A stretch of 63,405 bases of DNA, the filler included, from Octopus bimaculoides (Eukaryota), in NCBI RefSeq assembly GCF_001194135.2. It is 3 parts of 2 records of this genome, joined end to end, with 100 filler letters (N's around TTAATTAATTAA, not from the genome) between each part and the next. Parts side by side here need not be neighbours in the genome. Positions count along the whole stretch, not along the records: positions 1 to 30,981 come from NC_068983.1; 2 more parts are not named here. One strand, 5' to 3'. Position numbers and translations under genes: made by a program. The notes under the pieces were generated by a model, which did not search any database, was not told the origin of the DNA, and saw only the letters and a list, made by a program, of their open reading frames with translations. Below are positions 1 through 13,018 of this stretch, piece after piece. Positions within the stretch are counted from its first letter, which is position 1, and each line of letters opens with the position of its first letter.

Positions 1-119
1 ATATATATATATATATATATATAAAAGAGGTGAGAACTGAAATCCTTCAAAGGGATGTCAAACATCCGAGTCCGCCAGTACAGTCCAAGTAAAGAATATA
101 TGAATTTATGAATTAAAGA

Positions 120-870
120 TTGTCTACATCTACAATTTTTTCCTTTCCTTATACTAAGGTCAATATAGCTCATAGGATGAGCTCCTGGATCTTAAGAACC
201 TTCGGGTCCAGAGAGCACGGTGTCATCATTCCACTTTTCTCCTCCTTTGTAGAGCTACACCTCGAATACTGCTGCCCCGTGTGGTTGTGGTCTCCCCATA
301 CAAAACAAAACATCTTGAAAATTGAATCACCCCAGAAGGCATTCTCTAAACGAATTAAGGGCATAACTGATCTCGATTACTGGGACCACCTTAAAGCCTT
401 GAAACTCTACTCTCTCCATCGCTACAACGAGCGGTACATCATTTGCATGATGTGGAGAGTATACCGCCAGCTTTGCCCAAATGACCTGAACATTAGCTTC
501 GATGTTCATTCAAGGCTGGGACCATGGGCCATACGTCCCCTGCCCAATTCAGGATCACAACATATAGGTACACTGTGACACAATTTCTTTTCTTCAACAT
601 CCCCTGCCTTGTTTAACATTGTCCCAAAACTGATCAAAAAGGAAAAGTATCCTATCACCTTTAAACGGAGTCTGGACAAATTTCTTCAAGGAATACCAGA
701 TAAGCCACCTATACCTGGACACAATTCACTCAACAAGAACTCACTACTTGAATGGACCGTGATACCACAAAACTTGACTTAAAAAGGATTTAGATAATCC
801 TATCAGGTGGTGCTATTAAGTTAGACCAATATTTGGTCAAAACATATCTAAGTTTATCTTAGTTTATATA
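120..870 (+). mobile_element. 3' end of a CR1/L2/jockey-group LINE (C-terminal RT-downstream region), 5'-truncated, one nonsense codon
   Basis: ORF 120-578 has the typical LINE ORF2 C-terminal motifs (LEYCCPVW..SPH, LKLYSL..R..RY). The same frame continues past TGA 576-578 as HNFFSSTSPALFNIVPKLIK..FKRSLDKFLQGIPDKPPIPG..NKNSLLEW to TAA 780-782, followed by a short repeated tail (ctaagtttatcttagtttat). Confidence 0.85.
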
Positions 871-872
871 TA

Positions 873-1150
873 TTCAGGAGTTCTTTTTCTTACCAGAATG
901 ATCAGAGTGAGTTTTTCAAGCTGCTGTACCATTGTAGTCACCATTAGTCTCATCCAACTCTTTCTGAATCCTCTGCACAGTCCTCAGATTGACACTCAAA
1001 CACTCTGAAATGTTCGTATTGGTGCTTCTGGCATGAATGTGAAGCAGTACAGCGTGTTGTTTCCAAATTCCTAGCAGAGTGCATTGTGTCATGGTGCTGT
1101 TTGTTGCACAGATGATGCCCAACTGACCCTTTCATACTGTGTAGTCGACA
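873..1150 (-). mobile_element. Tc1/mariner-superfamily transposase N-terminal (HTH) fragment, degenerate
   Basis: Minus-strand peptide MTQCTLLGIWKQHAVLL..NISECLSVNLRTVQRIQKELDETNGDY.GTAA*KTHSDHSGKK(RTPE) resembles the paired-like HTH of Tc1/mariner transposases; stop and frameshift present. Confidence 0.75.
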
Positions 1151-1467
1151 GAATCAAAACAAACAATGCACATGCACAATATTACAAGTATAAAATGGTA
1201 ACAACTTAACCATTACACCCTGTATATATATATATATGTATACACATTAGGAATAAATAAATCAAATAATATAATATTTCTACTCCTGATAAAAATCGCA
1301 TTTCCAGCAGAGCTATTTTGATAATATACATGTAGTTGTCATGAAAAAGTATAAATGTGACTTATTTTTTATCTATACATGCAAATATTTGTGTGTATAT
1401 ATATATACTTTTATATATATATATTGATAAAAAAAGTGTAGGTGGCATACGAGTGGATATATTTATA

Positions 1468-2257
1468 AAACAAGAAGTTTGAAAACGCTAATATATAAAA
1501 AATGAATTTTAATTTAAAATTTTGTCAGAGATATTTTTAACATGTTTCGGTTCTTGTAAAAACGAACCTTATCAAAAATACATATTTAAAAAAATGAAAT
1601 TAAATGAAGAGTTCATAATTGTTCCTTACTGGTGTCAATAGTCCACGTGGGGGCATTTTTTGTTGGTTGTAGTAGTAGTAGTGACCTCTGTCCGTGTCAG
1701 TAGCAGTAGTTAATTGGTTGTAGTGGTAGGGGTGGAAGCAGCAGCAGTAGTAGTGACCGTTATAACAGTAGCAGCAGTAGTAGTGATAGTAGTAGCAGTG
1801 ATTGTTAGTAGTGACCTTAATAGTAGTAGTAGTAGTGACCGTAATAATTAATATATGATTTTAATGTTACTGGCTCAGGGTGTTTAAACTTGGCCCGAAT
1901 GTTCTAATAAAATGCTACTACTGCTACAACGGTCACTACTACTGCTGCTGCTTGTGCTGGTTTCACCCCTACCACTACAACCAATTAACTACTGCTACTG
2001 ACACGGACAGAGGTCACTGCCATTTACCATTACCAACACGGTCACTACTACTACTACAACCAACAAAAAATGGCCCCACGTGAACTATTGACACCAGTAA
2101 GGAACAATTATGAACTCTTCATTTAATTTCATTTTTTTAAATATGTATTTTTGATAAGGTTCATTTTTACAAGAACCAAAACATGTTTAAAATATCTCTG
2201 ACAAAATTTTAAATTAAAATTCATTTTTTATATATTGGCGTTTTCAAATTTCTTTTT
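1468..2257. repeat. Foldback inverted repeat (~350-390 bp arms) with (GTA)n/(TAC)n-rich inner parts
   Basis: 1468-1850 is the reverse complement of ~1905-2257, e.g. gaagagttcataattgttccttactggtgtcaatagt vs actattgacaccagtaaggaacaattatgaactcttc. Confidence 0.9.
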
Positions 2258-2899
2258 TATATATACATATATATATATANNNNNNNNNNNNNNNNNNNNN
2301 NNNNNNNNNNNNNNNNNNNNNNNNNNNNNNNNNNNNNNNNNNNNNNNNNNNNNNNNNNNNNNNNNNNNNNNNNNNNNNNNNNNNNNNNNNNNNNNNNNNN
2401 NNNNNNNNNNNNNNNNNNNNNNNNNNNNNNNNNNNNNNNNNNNNNNNNNNNNNNNNNNNNNNNNNNNNNNNNNNNNNNNNNNNNNNNNNNNNNNNNNNNN
2501 NNNNNNNNNNNNNNNNNNNNNNNNNNNNNNNNNNNNNNNNNNNNNNNNNNNNNNNNNNNNNNNNNNNNNNNNNNNNNNNNNNNNNNNNNNNNNNNNNNNN
2601 NNNNNNNNNNNNNNNNNNNNNNNNNNNNNNNNNNNNNNNNNNNNNNNNNNNNNNNNNNNNNNNNNNNNNNNNNNNNNNNNNNNNNNNNNNNNNNNNNNNN
2701 NNNNNNNNNNNNNNNNNNNNNNNNNNNNNNNNNNNNNNNNNNNNNNNNNNNNNNNNNNNNNNNNNNNNNNNNNNNNNNNNNNNNNNNNNNNNNNNNNNNN
2801 NNNNNNNNNNNNNNNNNNNNNNNNNNNNNNNNNNNNNNNNNNNNNNNNNNNNNNNNNNNNATATATATCGAACTCAGATACACACACATGCAAATGAAC

Positions 2900-3355
2900 C
2901 CACACATAACTCATACACACACACAACACACACCCAGGTATACATACATGGACACACACGCAAATGAGCCCAAACATAACTCACATACACACACAACAAA
3001 CATTAACACATACTACGCATATACACGCATACACACACACACATACGAAATAACCCACGTGCGATCCACAGAGCAAACCGCACGTATATACACACACACT
3101 TACATATATATACACATACACACACGCACACAAGAAATACAGGCACACACTGCTAGAAAATCACACCCACACAACACACACGCACACATACTTAAAAACT
3201 GCCTGCCCACTTTCTACTGACCATTGTCCACAACCACTCCCAAATTATTCCTGCTACTAATTCCTTCTACAATGTCACACGACAAACACACACACACATA
3301 CATACGTACACACACGTTCTGTTATTACACACACACGGACCCACGCGCACTCAAA
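2900..3355. repeat. Degenerate (CA)n-rich low-complexity tract
   Basis: Interrupted CA/CATA repeats; the ORFs here are repeat translations. Confidence 0.85.
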
Positions 3356-3356
3356 C

Positions 3357-3625
3357 ATACTTACCTCCCTCTTGTACTCTCCTGTCTTAGAAAGAACTTT
3401 TCCTCCACCCCTTCCTCTTCCGGTCTTTCCACAATGTAACCTCGCGGACATCTGTGGCGATTTTTTCTTCCTCCGTTTTTCCCTTCTTTGGACTTTCCTT
3501 GTTTCCGACGAAGAGCTCCGCTCGAAACGTCATATTCTCTCTCTTTCCTTTCCCGAGCGTCTAGTAACACAATCTGTATCACGTCCTCACGTTGTTTCTT
3601 GTTGTTTTTTTTGTCTTTTTCCTTT
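3357..3625 (+). mobile_element. Penelope-like terminal remnant with degenerate hammerhead motif
   Basis: CCGACGA-A-GAGC-TCC-GCTC-GAAACGTC at 3505-3531, followed by ttcccgagcgt..taacacaatct, a layout shared with 43204-43342. Confidence 0.55.
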
Positions 3626-3630
3626 TTTGA

Positions 3631-3677
<47 letters not shown>

Positions 3678-3681
<4 letters not shown>

Positions 3682-3844
3682 TGTGTTCATGTCCCTATAA
3701 CTTAGCAGTTCAGCAAAAAGAGAGATAGAGTAAGTACTAGGCTTTAAAAAAGAAATACTGGGGCCGTTTCATTTGACTAAACATTCTTGAAAGCAGTGCC
3801 CCGACATAGCTGCAGTATAATGACTGAAACAAAAATAAAAGATA
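3678..3844 (+). mobile_element. SINE family C (internal-microsatellite SINE), 3' half
   Basis: ggtgtgtt..taacttagcagttcagcaaaagagagatagagtaagtact..atgactgaaac..aaaag tail, matching the full copies at 31818 and 60418. Confidence 0.85.
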
Positions 3845-3886
3845 TGGATGTGTGTGTGTGTGTACAGAGGAGAATTTGTTTTGGCA

Positions 3887-3996
3887 TTTGAAAATGCACC
3901 TGAATCTCAAAACGTAGTTGTTTTTAAATTTTGTAATAAATCTATTATAAAATTTTAAAACGACCACACGTTTTGAGATTCAGGTGCATTTTCAAA
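3887..3996. repeat. 110-bp hairpin / MITE-like element
   Basis: Perfect 29-bp inverted repeat (3887-3915 / 3968-3996) plus an inner ~22-bp imperfect stem around a 4-nt loop. Confidence 0.85.
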
Positions 3997-4440
3997 CCCC
4001 AACACAAATTCTCCAACATTTCTGCTTTCCACACGCACAAACACACAGATGCACGCATGCATGCATGCATGCGCATGCAAGCACACACACAAGCACACCT
4101 ACACATACACACACTAACACATACACACAACAACACACATGCACAGGCAAGCAGGTAGGCAGACAAGTGGACTGGCAGAAAGACAGACAGACAGACAGAG
4201 ACATATATAGATATGTATATATGAATGTAAGCATGGTTGAGAGGTTAAAATGCTTACTGTGCAACAATGTGGTCCCATGTTTGATCAAACTGCATAGCAT
4301 AGGAAGCAAATGCATTTTCCGTAGCTCAGAACAAATCAAATCTTGTAAATGAATATTGGTTGATGGAAACTGTACCTTTAATTCAAAAGTCAAGTCTTGT
4401 GACACTTTTGTAACAATTATTCTGAGTATGATGATATTCT

Positions 4441-4651
4441 TTTGTACTCTAGGCACAAGCCCTGACATTTTTGAGGAGGGAGCCAGTCAATTAGATTGAC
4501 CCCAGTACGCAACTGGTACTTAATTTCTCAGCCCCGAAAAGATGAAATGCGAAGTGAGCCTCGGCGCAATTTGAACTCAGGATGTAAAGACAGTTGAAAT
4601 GCCGTAAGCATTTTGCCTGGCATGCTAACGTTTCTGCCAGATTGCCACCTT
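4441..4651 (-). mobile_element. SINE family B (tRNA-like head plus conserved central domain)
   Basis: Reverse strand reads aaggtggcaatctggcagaaacgttagc..gagttcaaatt (A/B-box-like), then ..aagtaccagtt..; near-identical to copies at 45949-46510. Confidence 0.85.
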
Positions 4652-4771
4652 TCTGAACATAATGATAGGTGTACACATATGTAGGGAATGTTCAACCACA
4701 ATGTATGCTAATTCAAAGAGTATGTAAACCAGTTGATCAGTACATACAAGCACACACATATACACACACAC

Positions 4772-4828
<57 letters not shown>

Positions 4829-5587
4829 AATACACACATACATGCATACATACAGACATACATGCATGGATACATACATACATACACACATACATACATA
4901 CATACATACAACTAAGTGAGCAAATGAAATGAAAGAATGTAACACAGTTGGAATTATATTTAATAGCATGTTAACTCACCTTTACATTGTGTGTGTGTGT
5001 GTGTAGATGTTTGTTTTTATGTCAAATTATAATAAAAACAATTTAACATTAAACTGAAATATTACTGAATAGTTTTAGCAAAGTACATATACATTATATT
5101 TTTACAAGATGAGGCGTGAGAACTAGCCTTCATTGGTTTTGTATTTTATCTGAATTCTTTCTCTCATATCTCAAATATTTTAATTTTTTTCTTTTTAATA
5201 CTGCAATTACTGAGAGTTTTTTCAGCATCTCTGGCAACTTTTATGTACATTGCAACATGTTAATTCTTTTGTACGCAGTTATGGTTTTCATTAAGAAGTT
5301 TCCAAGCATAGTTTTCTGAAGGCTTTATCTCTGTTGATTTGTTTCTGTTGGTTGGCTTCACAACTATATCCAAGTTTGTTTCAGTTCATATCTTCTTTTA
5401 GAAATTGTCATATTAACATTGTTCAAAAAACCTGGTAATACTTCCCAAATGACCAGAGGTACTACAATTTACTCAACTGGAATAAACAGAAAAGTTGGCC
5501 ACAACCATACAGGCTCCACACAATGGGGCTGAACTAAAAACCACATGACTGGGAAATTCATAAATATTCATATATATATATATATAT

Positions 5588-5745
5588 ATGCAATATCGAG
5601 AATAACCAGCCAAAATTGCAAGGATAATCTGGATCTCGACTGAAGAAAGAAAACTCCGAATGAGCTGTCTGTGTTTTCCTTGTATCATCTATCTGGATGT
5701 TTTGTCCCTTTCTTGTATCACCTAACTGTCTGATATTCTTTTACT
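5588..5745 (+). mobile_element. Interspersed repeat, probable Penelope-like terminus (second copy at 33311-33530)
   Basis: gcaatatcgagaataaccagcc..gataatctggatc..aaaactccgaatga..ctatctggatgttttgtccc recurs at ~33356-33500. Confidence 0.5.
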
Positions 5746-5945
5746 TGTTTCAGTCATTTGGCTGTGGCCATGCTGTAGCACTGTTTTAAAGGGTTTTAAT
5801 AAAAAAAAAATTGACCCCAGTATGTTGTAAGACTAGTACTTACTCTAGCGGTTTCTTTTTCTGAGCTGCTAAGTTATGGAGATATAAATACACCACCATC
5901 AGTCATCAAGTGATGGCAGGGGTATGAACACAGACACAAACACAT
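5746..5945 (-). mobile_element. SINE family C, 3' half
   Basis: ttacttgtttcagtcatttggctgtggccatgctg..acttactc..gctaagttat..aaacacaccacc is the reverse complement of the family C tail. Confidence 0.85.
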
Positions 5946-5959
5946 AAATACATACATAC

Positions 5960-6017
<58 letters not shown>

Positions 6018-6465
6018 GTGGGGTAGAACACAAATGGAGTTTAAAATTCACAACAGCTGTTTCAGCAGCAATTTATTGATGAATACTTTGACTAGACTCA
6101 AATGATTCTAAACAAACAAATACTTTGGCAGGTAGAGAATTTAAGTTGACCAGCTCCCCAAGATGCATGACAACATCAAGTATGTATATATATATATATA
6201 TATATATATACCCTTTAATTTTCTCTGTCATTTATAAGTTGGATCTATATATTTATATATATATATGAATATCTATATATTTATATTTATACTTAAAAGT
6301 TCATCATCTGAAAATCTTCAGTGCTTGCTTTCTTCCTGTTTCTTTGTATACATATATATCTATTTTGTATATCAAGCTGAAGCTGTTATATTTAATTTGT
6401 TTATGTGCATAATTGTCTCTATACATGCATATATATATACACACACATTATATCACACACAGATC

Positions 6466-6505
<40 letters not shown>

Positions 6506-6539
6506 CAAATATACAAACAAACTGAGCAAGTGAAATTGA

Positions 6540-8165
6540 AGTCAGCCAAATGGAGACACAACTGAGCAACCAGCTATTCGAATTGATAGAAGATACGAAA
6601 ATAGGGACAGTTCCTGGCCCATTAGCAATCACTGCTGAGATGCTTAAATTATCTGGTGGAGTGGGATATGGCCTTTTCACCTGTATAGTTAATCAGGTTG
6701 CCCACAAGAGAGTTATACACAACGATTGCTGAAGCAGCATTATAGTCAGCTGCTACAAAGGGAAAAGTTAAGCCTTAGACAGACATAATTACAGAGACAT
6801 CGAATTGCTGGACCAGACAATGAAAGTCATAGAAAGGGTCATAAATCAGTTAATAATGAAGAGAGTTAGTGTGAATGAGGTGCAGTTTGGATTTGTGTCA
6901 GGTAGAAGTACGATTGATGCTATATTCCTGGCTAGGCAACTGCAAAAGTATTTAGCCAAAAATAAACTTGGCTTTTGTCGACATGAAGAAAGCCTCTGAC
7001 AGGGTCCCCCACTCCCTTATCTCATAGTAAATATGGAAGCTACAGTTAGATGAGTGGTTAGTGAGAGCTGTACAAGCCATGTACAGAAATGCTACAAGTA
7101 AGGTGGAGGTTGGCAATGAGTATAGCAATGTATTCAGTGTACAGGTAGGAGCTCAGCAAGGATCAGTTCTCAATCCTCTCATGTTTATCTTAGTCCTCCA
7201 TGTCTTAACAAAGGAATTCAAGATTGGCTGCATCCTGGGAGCTCCTCTATACTGATGATTTTGTTTTTATAGCTGAATCACTACCTGATCTAGAGAAGAA
7301 ATTTCAGGCATGGAAACAAGGTCTGGAATCTTGGGATCTTAGAGTTAATTTAGCAAAAACCAAAATCCTATTAAGTAAGAAAACAGATTAATCACAAGTC
7401 CCTTCAGGGAGATGGCCCTGCTCAATATGTAAGAAGGGTGGTGGTAGAAACTACATATGTTGTACCTAGTGCAAGCTTTGGACACATAAGAGGTGTAACA
7501 GTATCAGAGGAAGGTTAACAGGAAAATAGTCATTGTGTATAACAAATGTGCAGGTTCAATAAGCACTAAAAATACACTGTCTCCTTCAAATGCTCAGGGG
7601 ATGGGGTCATTAGAAGTAGTAGATAGCTTCTGTTACCTAGGCGACCAAGTTAATAGTGGAGGAAGAATTTCTGAAAGTGTAGTTGCTAGAATAAGAATGG
7701 GCTGGGCAAAGATCAGAGAGCTTCTACTTTTGTTGGTAACTAAGGACCTCTCCCTCAGAGTGAAAGGCAGAGTGTATGGAGCCTGTGTATGTACAGCTAT
7801 GCTACATGACAATGAAACGTGAGCTTTGACTACAGAGGTCTTGCAAAGGCTTGAAAGAAATGAAGCTAGCATGCTCCACTGGATAGGTAATATCAGTGTG
7901 CACACATGTCAGAGTGTAAATGATTTAAGAGGAACACTGGGTATAAGAGGCATCAGATGTTGTATGCAAGAGAGAAGACTGCACTGGTTTGGTCATGTGA
8001 TGCATATGGATGAGGACAGCTGCATAAAGAAGTGCCAAGTTCTAATTGTGAAGGGAACCTGTGGATGGAGTAGACTCAGGAAGATGTGGGATGAAGTGTG
8101 ATCTTCGGACACTGAGTCTCACAAGGGACAAGAGCTGTGGTGATTTGCTGTACTTGAGAAGATAT
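6540..8165 (+). mobile_element. RTE-clade LINE: degenerate reverse transcriptase plus C-terminal region
   Basis: Fragments read YKGK..ALDRHNYRDIELLDQTMKVIERVI..QFGFVSGRSTIDAIFLARQLQ; QQGSVLNPLMF; (L)YTDD; FCYLGDQVNSGG; RVKGRVYGACVCTAML; RRLHWFGHVMHMDEDSCIKKC. Many stops and frameshifts. Confidence 0.92.
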
Positions 8166-11100
8166 GTAAAGCTAAGTATAATTGCTGTCATCCATGCATA
8201 CAGGCTTGTCATTTACAGAAGATGCTGGTGCTACATAAAATGCACTTGTGCTGGTGCTGTGTAAATATACCTTGCACACACACACATATTCATACATACG
8301 TATGTGTGGGTATGATTGTGTATGGGTATAAGTGTGTGTGTATTCATGTGCTTCAATGTGTAGCATACATGGTTAAGTTTTACTAGCCCTTTCACTTCAA
8401 TTCTAGTTGCTTTGTTCTCAATGAATCTCCAAACAATCAGGTAATTATCTCACATTTATTTTATAACAAGATTTTGGTTATATGAGATTACAATAAAACA
8501 TAGACATCTATCAAGTTTCTTGTGAAATAGAAACTGAGATGCTTCTACAAGTATACAATAAATGGGTATATAACATTATCAACACAGAAATAGTAACAAA
8601 TAACTGTTTCATTATTCATAGAAGTATTCCATTTTGAATTGGAGCCAAATTGTCAAAAGCCAAAAGTGGGTCAATGGTTTCTAAACATCTACTTTCACAG
8701 CTCACTTTTCCTTACACCAATTTTTATTGATATGAGGGTTAACCTATTGACTTTAAAGAGAACTGATTGGCGTAGGCATTTTAGTTAATAATCTAAAGTG
8801 CAAATAATTGATTCATACAAGTGTTTCACCATTCTAAAACAGTGTAGTTGATTAGAATAAGACTGATCTTAGAATTAAACAATGAATTAATTTTCCTCAT
8901 TATTATTTAGATTCATATATTATGAGGTGAATTGGTGCAGATGATAGAATGACAGTTTGAAGGTTTTTATGTAGTCAGTGTTTGGTATCTTACTTCCAAG
9001 CCTTGCAGAACAATCTTTTCCATATCAATAAAAAGAAATGTACCAATAATTTTGGAGTGGATTGAAAGGATTGTACTTCTCCCATACAAATTTAATCTGA
9101 TACCTGATTAAAAGAAAAGAAAAGAAAAAAGAAAAAAATCATGTTAATTTATTTTGATTATGCAAGGGATTTCGAACAACAACTTATTTCGGAATTATGA
9201 TTAATGAGTTAAGCATACAATAGGGGAGTAGCAAACTGAATTTACAAATATTTTTTATTGCTTATTGAAATTTGTTTGTTTTCCTTATTTATATTACTAC
9301 TTTTCTTATAATGAGTTGAAAATATAGAATTTCCTTTCCCCATTAATTTTTAAATTTATGAATGAGTAGAAAAAAAATCAATCTTAGAATTAAGAATCTA
9401 TAGTCATGATCATTGATTACATGGTGGATAAGTACTTCAGCATAAAAATACTTTTTTTCTGTCTCTTAAGTTCATGTTGCACATTTAACAGCTCACCCTA
9501 ACTTATTTTCCAGAAATTATTGAATGTCCTCTGCTACTATCCACATTTCACTTCATTACAATTGGTTATCACACTTCCAATATGCACATCATATGTAGTC
9601 TATCCTTCACAACTTCTTTCACCACAGAGCACCAGAAACAATATGATGTCATTGATTATAATTTTTTTAATTACTAATTAAGTTATCTAATTGACTCAGT
9701 TAGTGACAACCTTCATTGAACCAGCATAACACTCAATGTTCTTTGATCTTTGACTGCACATTACTAATTTTGTAGTTAATCAGATGCTCTAAAGATATTA
9801 ATTTATTGCAAGTATGTCCAAGATTTCTCCAGTCACAGCTTGTGATACTTATAAAATAGTTAATAGAAGATGTAAGGAGCCACGGCAAACTTTATCACCA
9901 TATTGTGTCAAAGGAAAATACTAGAATAGTTTTTGATTTTTTTCTAAGCAATGCCGGAGACTTGAGCTTAGTCTTGAAAGCTGACAAACATTCTTTGATT
10001 GTAGCAAGTACTTGCAACTTAAAGTAGTGAATTGTACTTATATACAAAGTGGTTTATTGACCATACCAGAGAGACAACACCAGGGAATGAGATATGAACC
10101 ATCAACCTGTAAACTGACATACAATCAACACAAGTTTCAACTTTCAACTATATGAACTTCATTGTTTATTCTTTTATACATACAATTCAGAATAGTAAAT
10201 CTCATTTTTGTTTAAAAAAACCAAATACTATTAGTTTTTGCAATGCTTTCTTCAAGAAATTAGCAGTTTGGACATGCAAAACCTAAAGGCAAGAAAGTAA
10301 AATAACAACATTTATTTGAGATACTGAATGATAAATTCAGTTCAGATTTACAATTCTCTTAATCTGATCTTAGAAGATAATCTAATTGGATCTAATAATT
10401 TAATAGACTGCCATTGAAGGGATTCAGATATCTTCTGGGCTCAGTTCCAGTTGACATCTCTTATTGTTTTGAGAGAGAATATTTTTAAAACAACTGCAAA
10501 ATAATATGATTAAAAAAAATACTCAGCTTTCCTATTTTTAACATTTGACACACAACTAAAATGTCAGTATAGAAAACATCCATCAGGGCTCAATAATACA
10601 AATGAAATTTCCTTGCAGTTAAAATGCTGTATGAATATTCAACGATTTTTTTAACCATGAAATTATATGAATAAAAATTGTTGTTTTCATTGTTGGGACA
10701 GCAAGACTGAAATATCTGCTGATATTAAATGAATAAAGAGAGTAATTTGGAATGAGCCAACAATATTTTAAAAACTAAATCTAGAAAACTTGTATCTTAT
10801 CTATATTCAATAATTTTTGTCTGAAAAACCTCCCAAATAGTCTAATGGTGTTCATTTATCAATATTCTCAAATGCATTTCCAAATTGATAGTTCTACTTT
10901 TATTATTATGAAAATTATATTTATAGAAATATTCACATTAGATAAATTGATTATAAAAATAGAAGAGGAAGCAGTTGTTAAAAATATTGGTATGTGCTGG
11001 AAGTTTTTTATTTTATTTTATTTCTTTCCTAGAACAAACATGGAAATGAATGGAATAGAAAATAGATTGTAGTTTCATAAAATGATTATAAAACGGTGAT

Positions 11101-11942
11101 TAAACAGAAAATAAAAATAGGAACACATATTTTTAGTAGATTAAAATATATGACAATGTGCATATTTCCCAATTCGTTAATGCTCTCTGCTATATGCTGT
11201 TGCTAAGTAGCCCTAGTTATATGTGCTCACACAAACTTTATGATACAGAGCAACCCACACACATGCTATGCTTACAGGATGTCCAATGCATTGATATGTG
11301 TTGTTTCAAATTGCTTGATTGTTTCTATAACAGTTGCCATTTAGTTACCATTATTGTTATTGCTCAGTTATAAGGAAGCCTGATCAAGTAGATCTTGGAT
11401 CAAAGGCATTCCAGCTGTGCTCAGCCTGTTACTTCTTATCTGGTGATTACATTGTCCAATGTATCCTTTCTATTTTAAAATAGCTGAATGTAATTTGAAA
11501 AGCAAATGGCTGCTATTTCTAACAAATTTTATATATGTTGTTGTTTAGCTTCATATCAGCCTTGATTAAAAATATTCCAACTGTTACCATCCTGTCTTTT
11601 TTTTTTTAATGTGCTAGAAATCCGAGACCACATAATTTAACATCCTTTTTTAAAGATGGTTAGGTGTGATTTGTGAGCAATTTGGTTGCTATTTCTAGCA
11701 AGTCTAAGGCAAATGGAGTGGCAACATAATAGCTCACTTGTTGGCTTATATAGATGTATTTAAACATGGTAATTTTGTCCTAAAATTTATTTAAAGACAG
11801 TAAAGTATTTGAAGAAAGAGAGTTTGAGACAGGATATGAACTATACCATAGAATACTGAAACCAACAAAGGAATCTTTATGGGATTACCCAGCTTATAAA
11901 AAATAGCAGCTAAATCTTCCTCAAACCATACCCTGTGTTATG

Positions 11943-12309
11943 TGTTGGCACTCCATCGCTTACGATGTCGAGGGTTCCAGTTGATCCAATCAACGGAACA
12001 ACCTGCTCGTGAAATTAATGTGCAAGTGGCTGAGCACTCCACAGACACATGTACGCTTAACGTAGTTTTCAGGGATATTCAGCGTGACACAGTGTGACAA
12101 GGCTGACCCTTTGAATTACAGGCACAACAGAAACAGGAAGTAAGAGTGAGAGAAAGTTGTGGTGAAAGAGTACAGCAGGGTTCGCCACCATCCCCTGCCG
12201 GAGCCTCGTGGAGCTTTAGGTGTTTTCGCTCAATAAACACTCACAACACCCGGTCTGGGAATCGAAACCGCGAGTCCGCTGCCCTAACCACCGGACCATT
12301 GCGCCTCCA
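11943..12309 (-). mobile_element. SINE family A (OK-like tRNA-derived SINE), full length
   Basis: Minus strand starts ggaggcgcaatggtccggtggttagggcagcggactcgcggtttcgattccc (A and B boxes) and ends ..gatggagtgccaac; matches copies at 20879 and 36604. Confidence 0.9.
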
Positions 12310-13018
12310 CAAAACCATACCTTACTGTATTAAAAATGGACATTGAATAATGCAGTCCTGCATAGGCTGTTTGAAGAGATGTAACAGTCATAGCTGGAAT
12401 GACATTGGCCATTGATTTTCTCAATCATGATAGTCCAGTCACTAAACGGCAACATATTCTTTTTTATGCTTGTTCAAATACATAAGACCTTAGTTAGTAA
12501 AGACTGGTCATGCACTTGCACATGTATATACAGATCTGAGCAAGATTTTTTGAGGAAAACTGGCACTTTCATATGCCTCCAAGTCTTCTTTATACACAAT
12601 ACTGATGTTTATTCAAGAGACTAATACAATTGGACTAATGCAATTTGGATATAATACAGTGTTGTTGAAGTTGTTCTATCAGAATGCAGAGCTAGATCAG
12701 ATATAGCATGGTATCATTTCTGATTCTCTAAGCGTTCTGCAAATCAGTTACTCTGGATTAGTACTAATTTTATGAACTCTGAAAGGAAAGGATAAAAGGC
12801 AAAGTAACCTCAGTAAGATTTGAACACAGAACACAAAAGATTGAAACAAATATTGTAAGGGCATTAATAGCTGTCAGTTCACAACCCTTTATCCTTGTAG
12901 AAGAATTCTTTTCTCATTGAAGAATTTCAATCACCACAGTGCATGGCTCATTAATCAATATTATAATGAATTTCTGGGATTTCTACTCAATATAAATTTT
13001 TCAGTAAAAATGAAAATA

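Noticed and set aside
2228-2977. Long ORFs containing X runs (also at 16846, 20311, 22347, 32814, 37965, 39233, 57865)
   Set aside because: They span N gaps and microsatellites; not genes.
5101-5440. A-rich minus-strand stretch reading like protein (IVVKPTNRNKSTEIKPSENYAWKLL..)
   Set aside because: Broken by stops every ~30-40 codons and no recognisable family; cannot be supported without a search.
5638-5672. CTGAAGA-A-AGA-AAAC-TCC-GAAT (and CTGAGGA version at ~33407) as a hammerhead
   Set aside because: A15.1 is replaced by T in both copies, stem II is weak, and no stem III or stem I forms.
11943-12309. tRNA genes at SINE heads throughout the window
   Set aside because: A/B boxes are present but acceptor stems are not formed and long SINE bodies follow.
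12146-12346. Same ORF (MRESCGERVQQGSPPSPA..) recurring at 12146 and 21042
   Set aside because: Antisense reading of SINE family A; recurrence reflects repeat copies, not a gene family.
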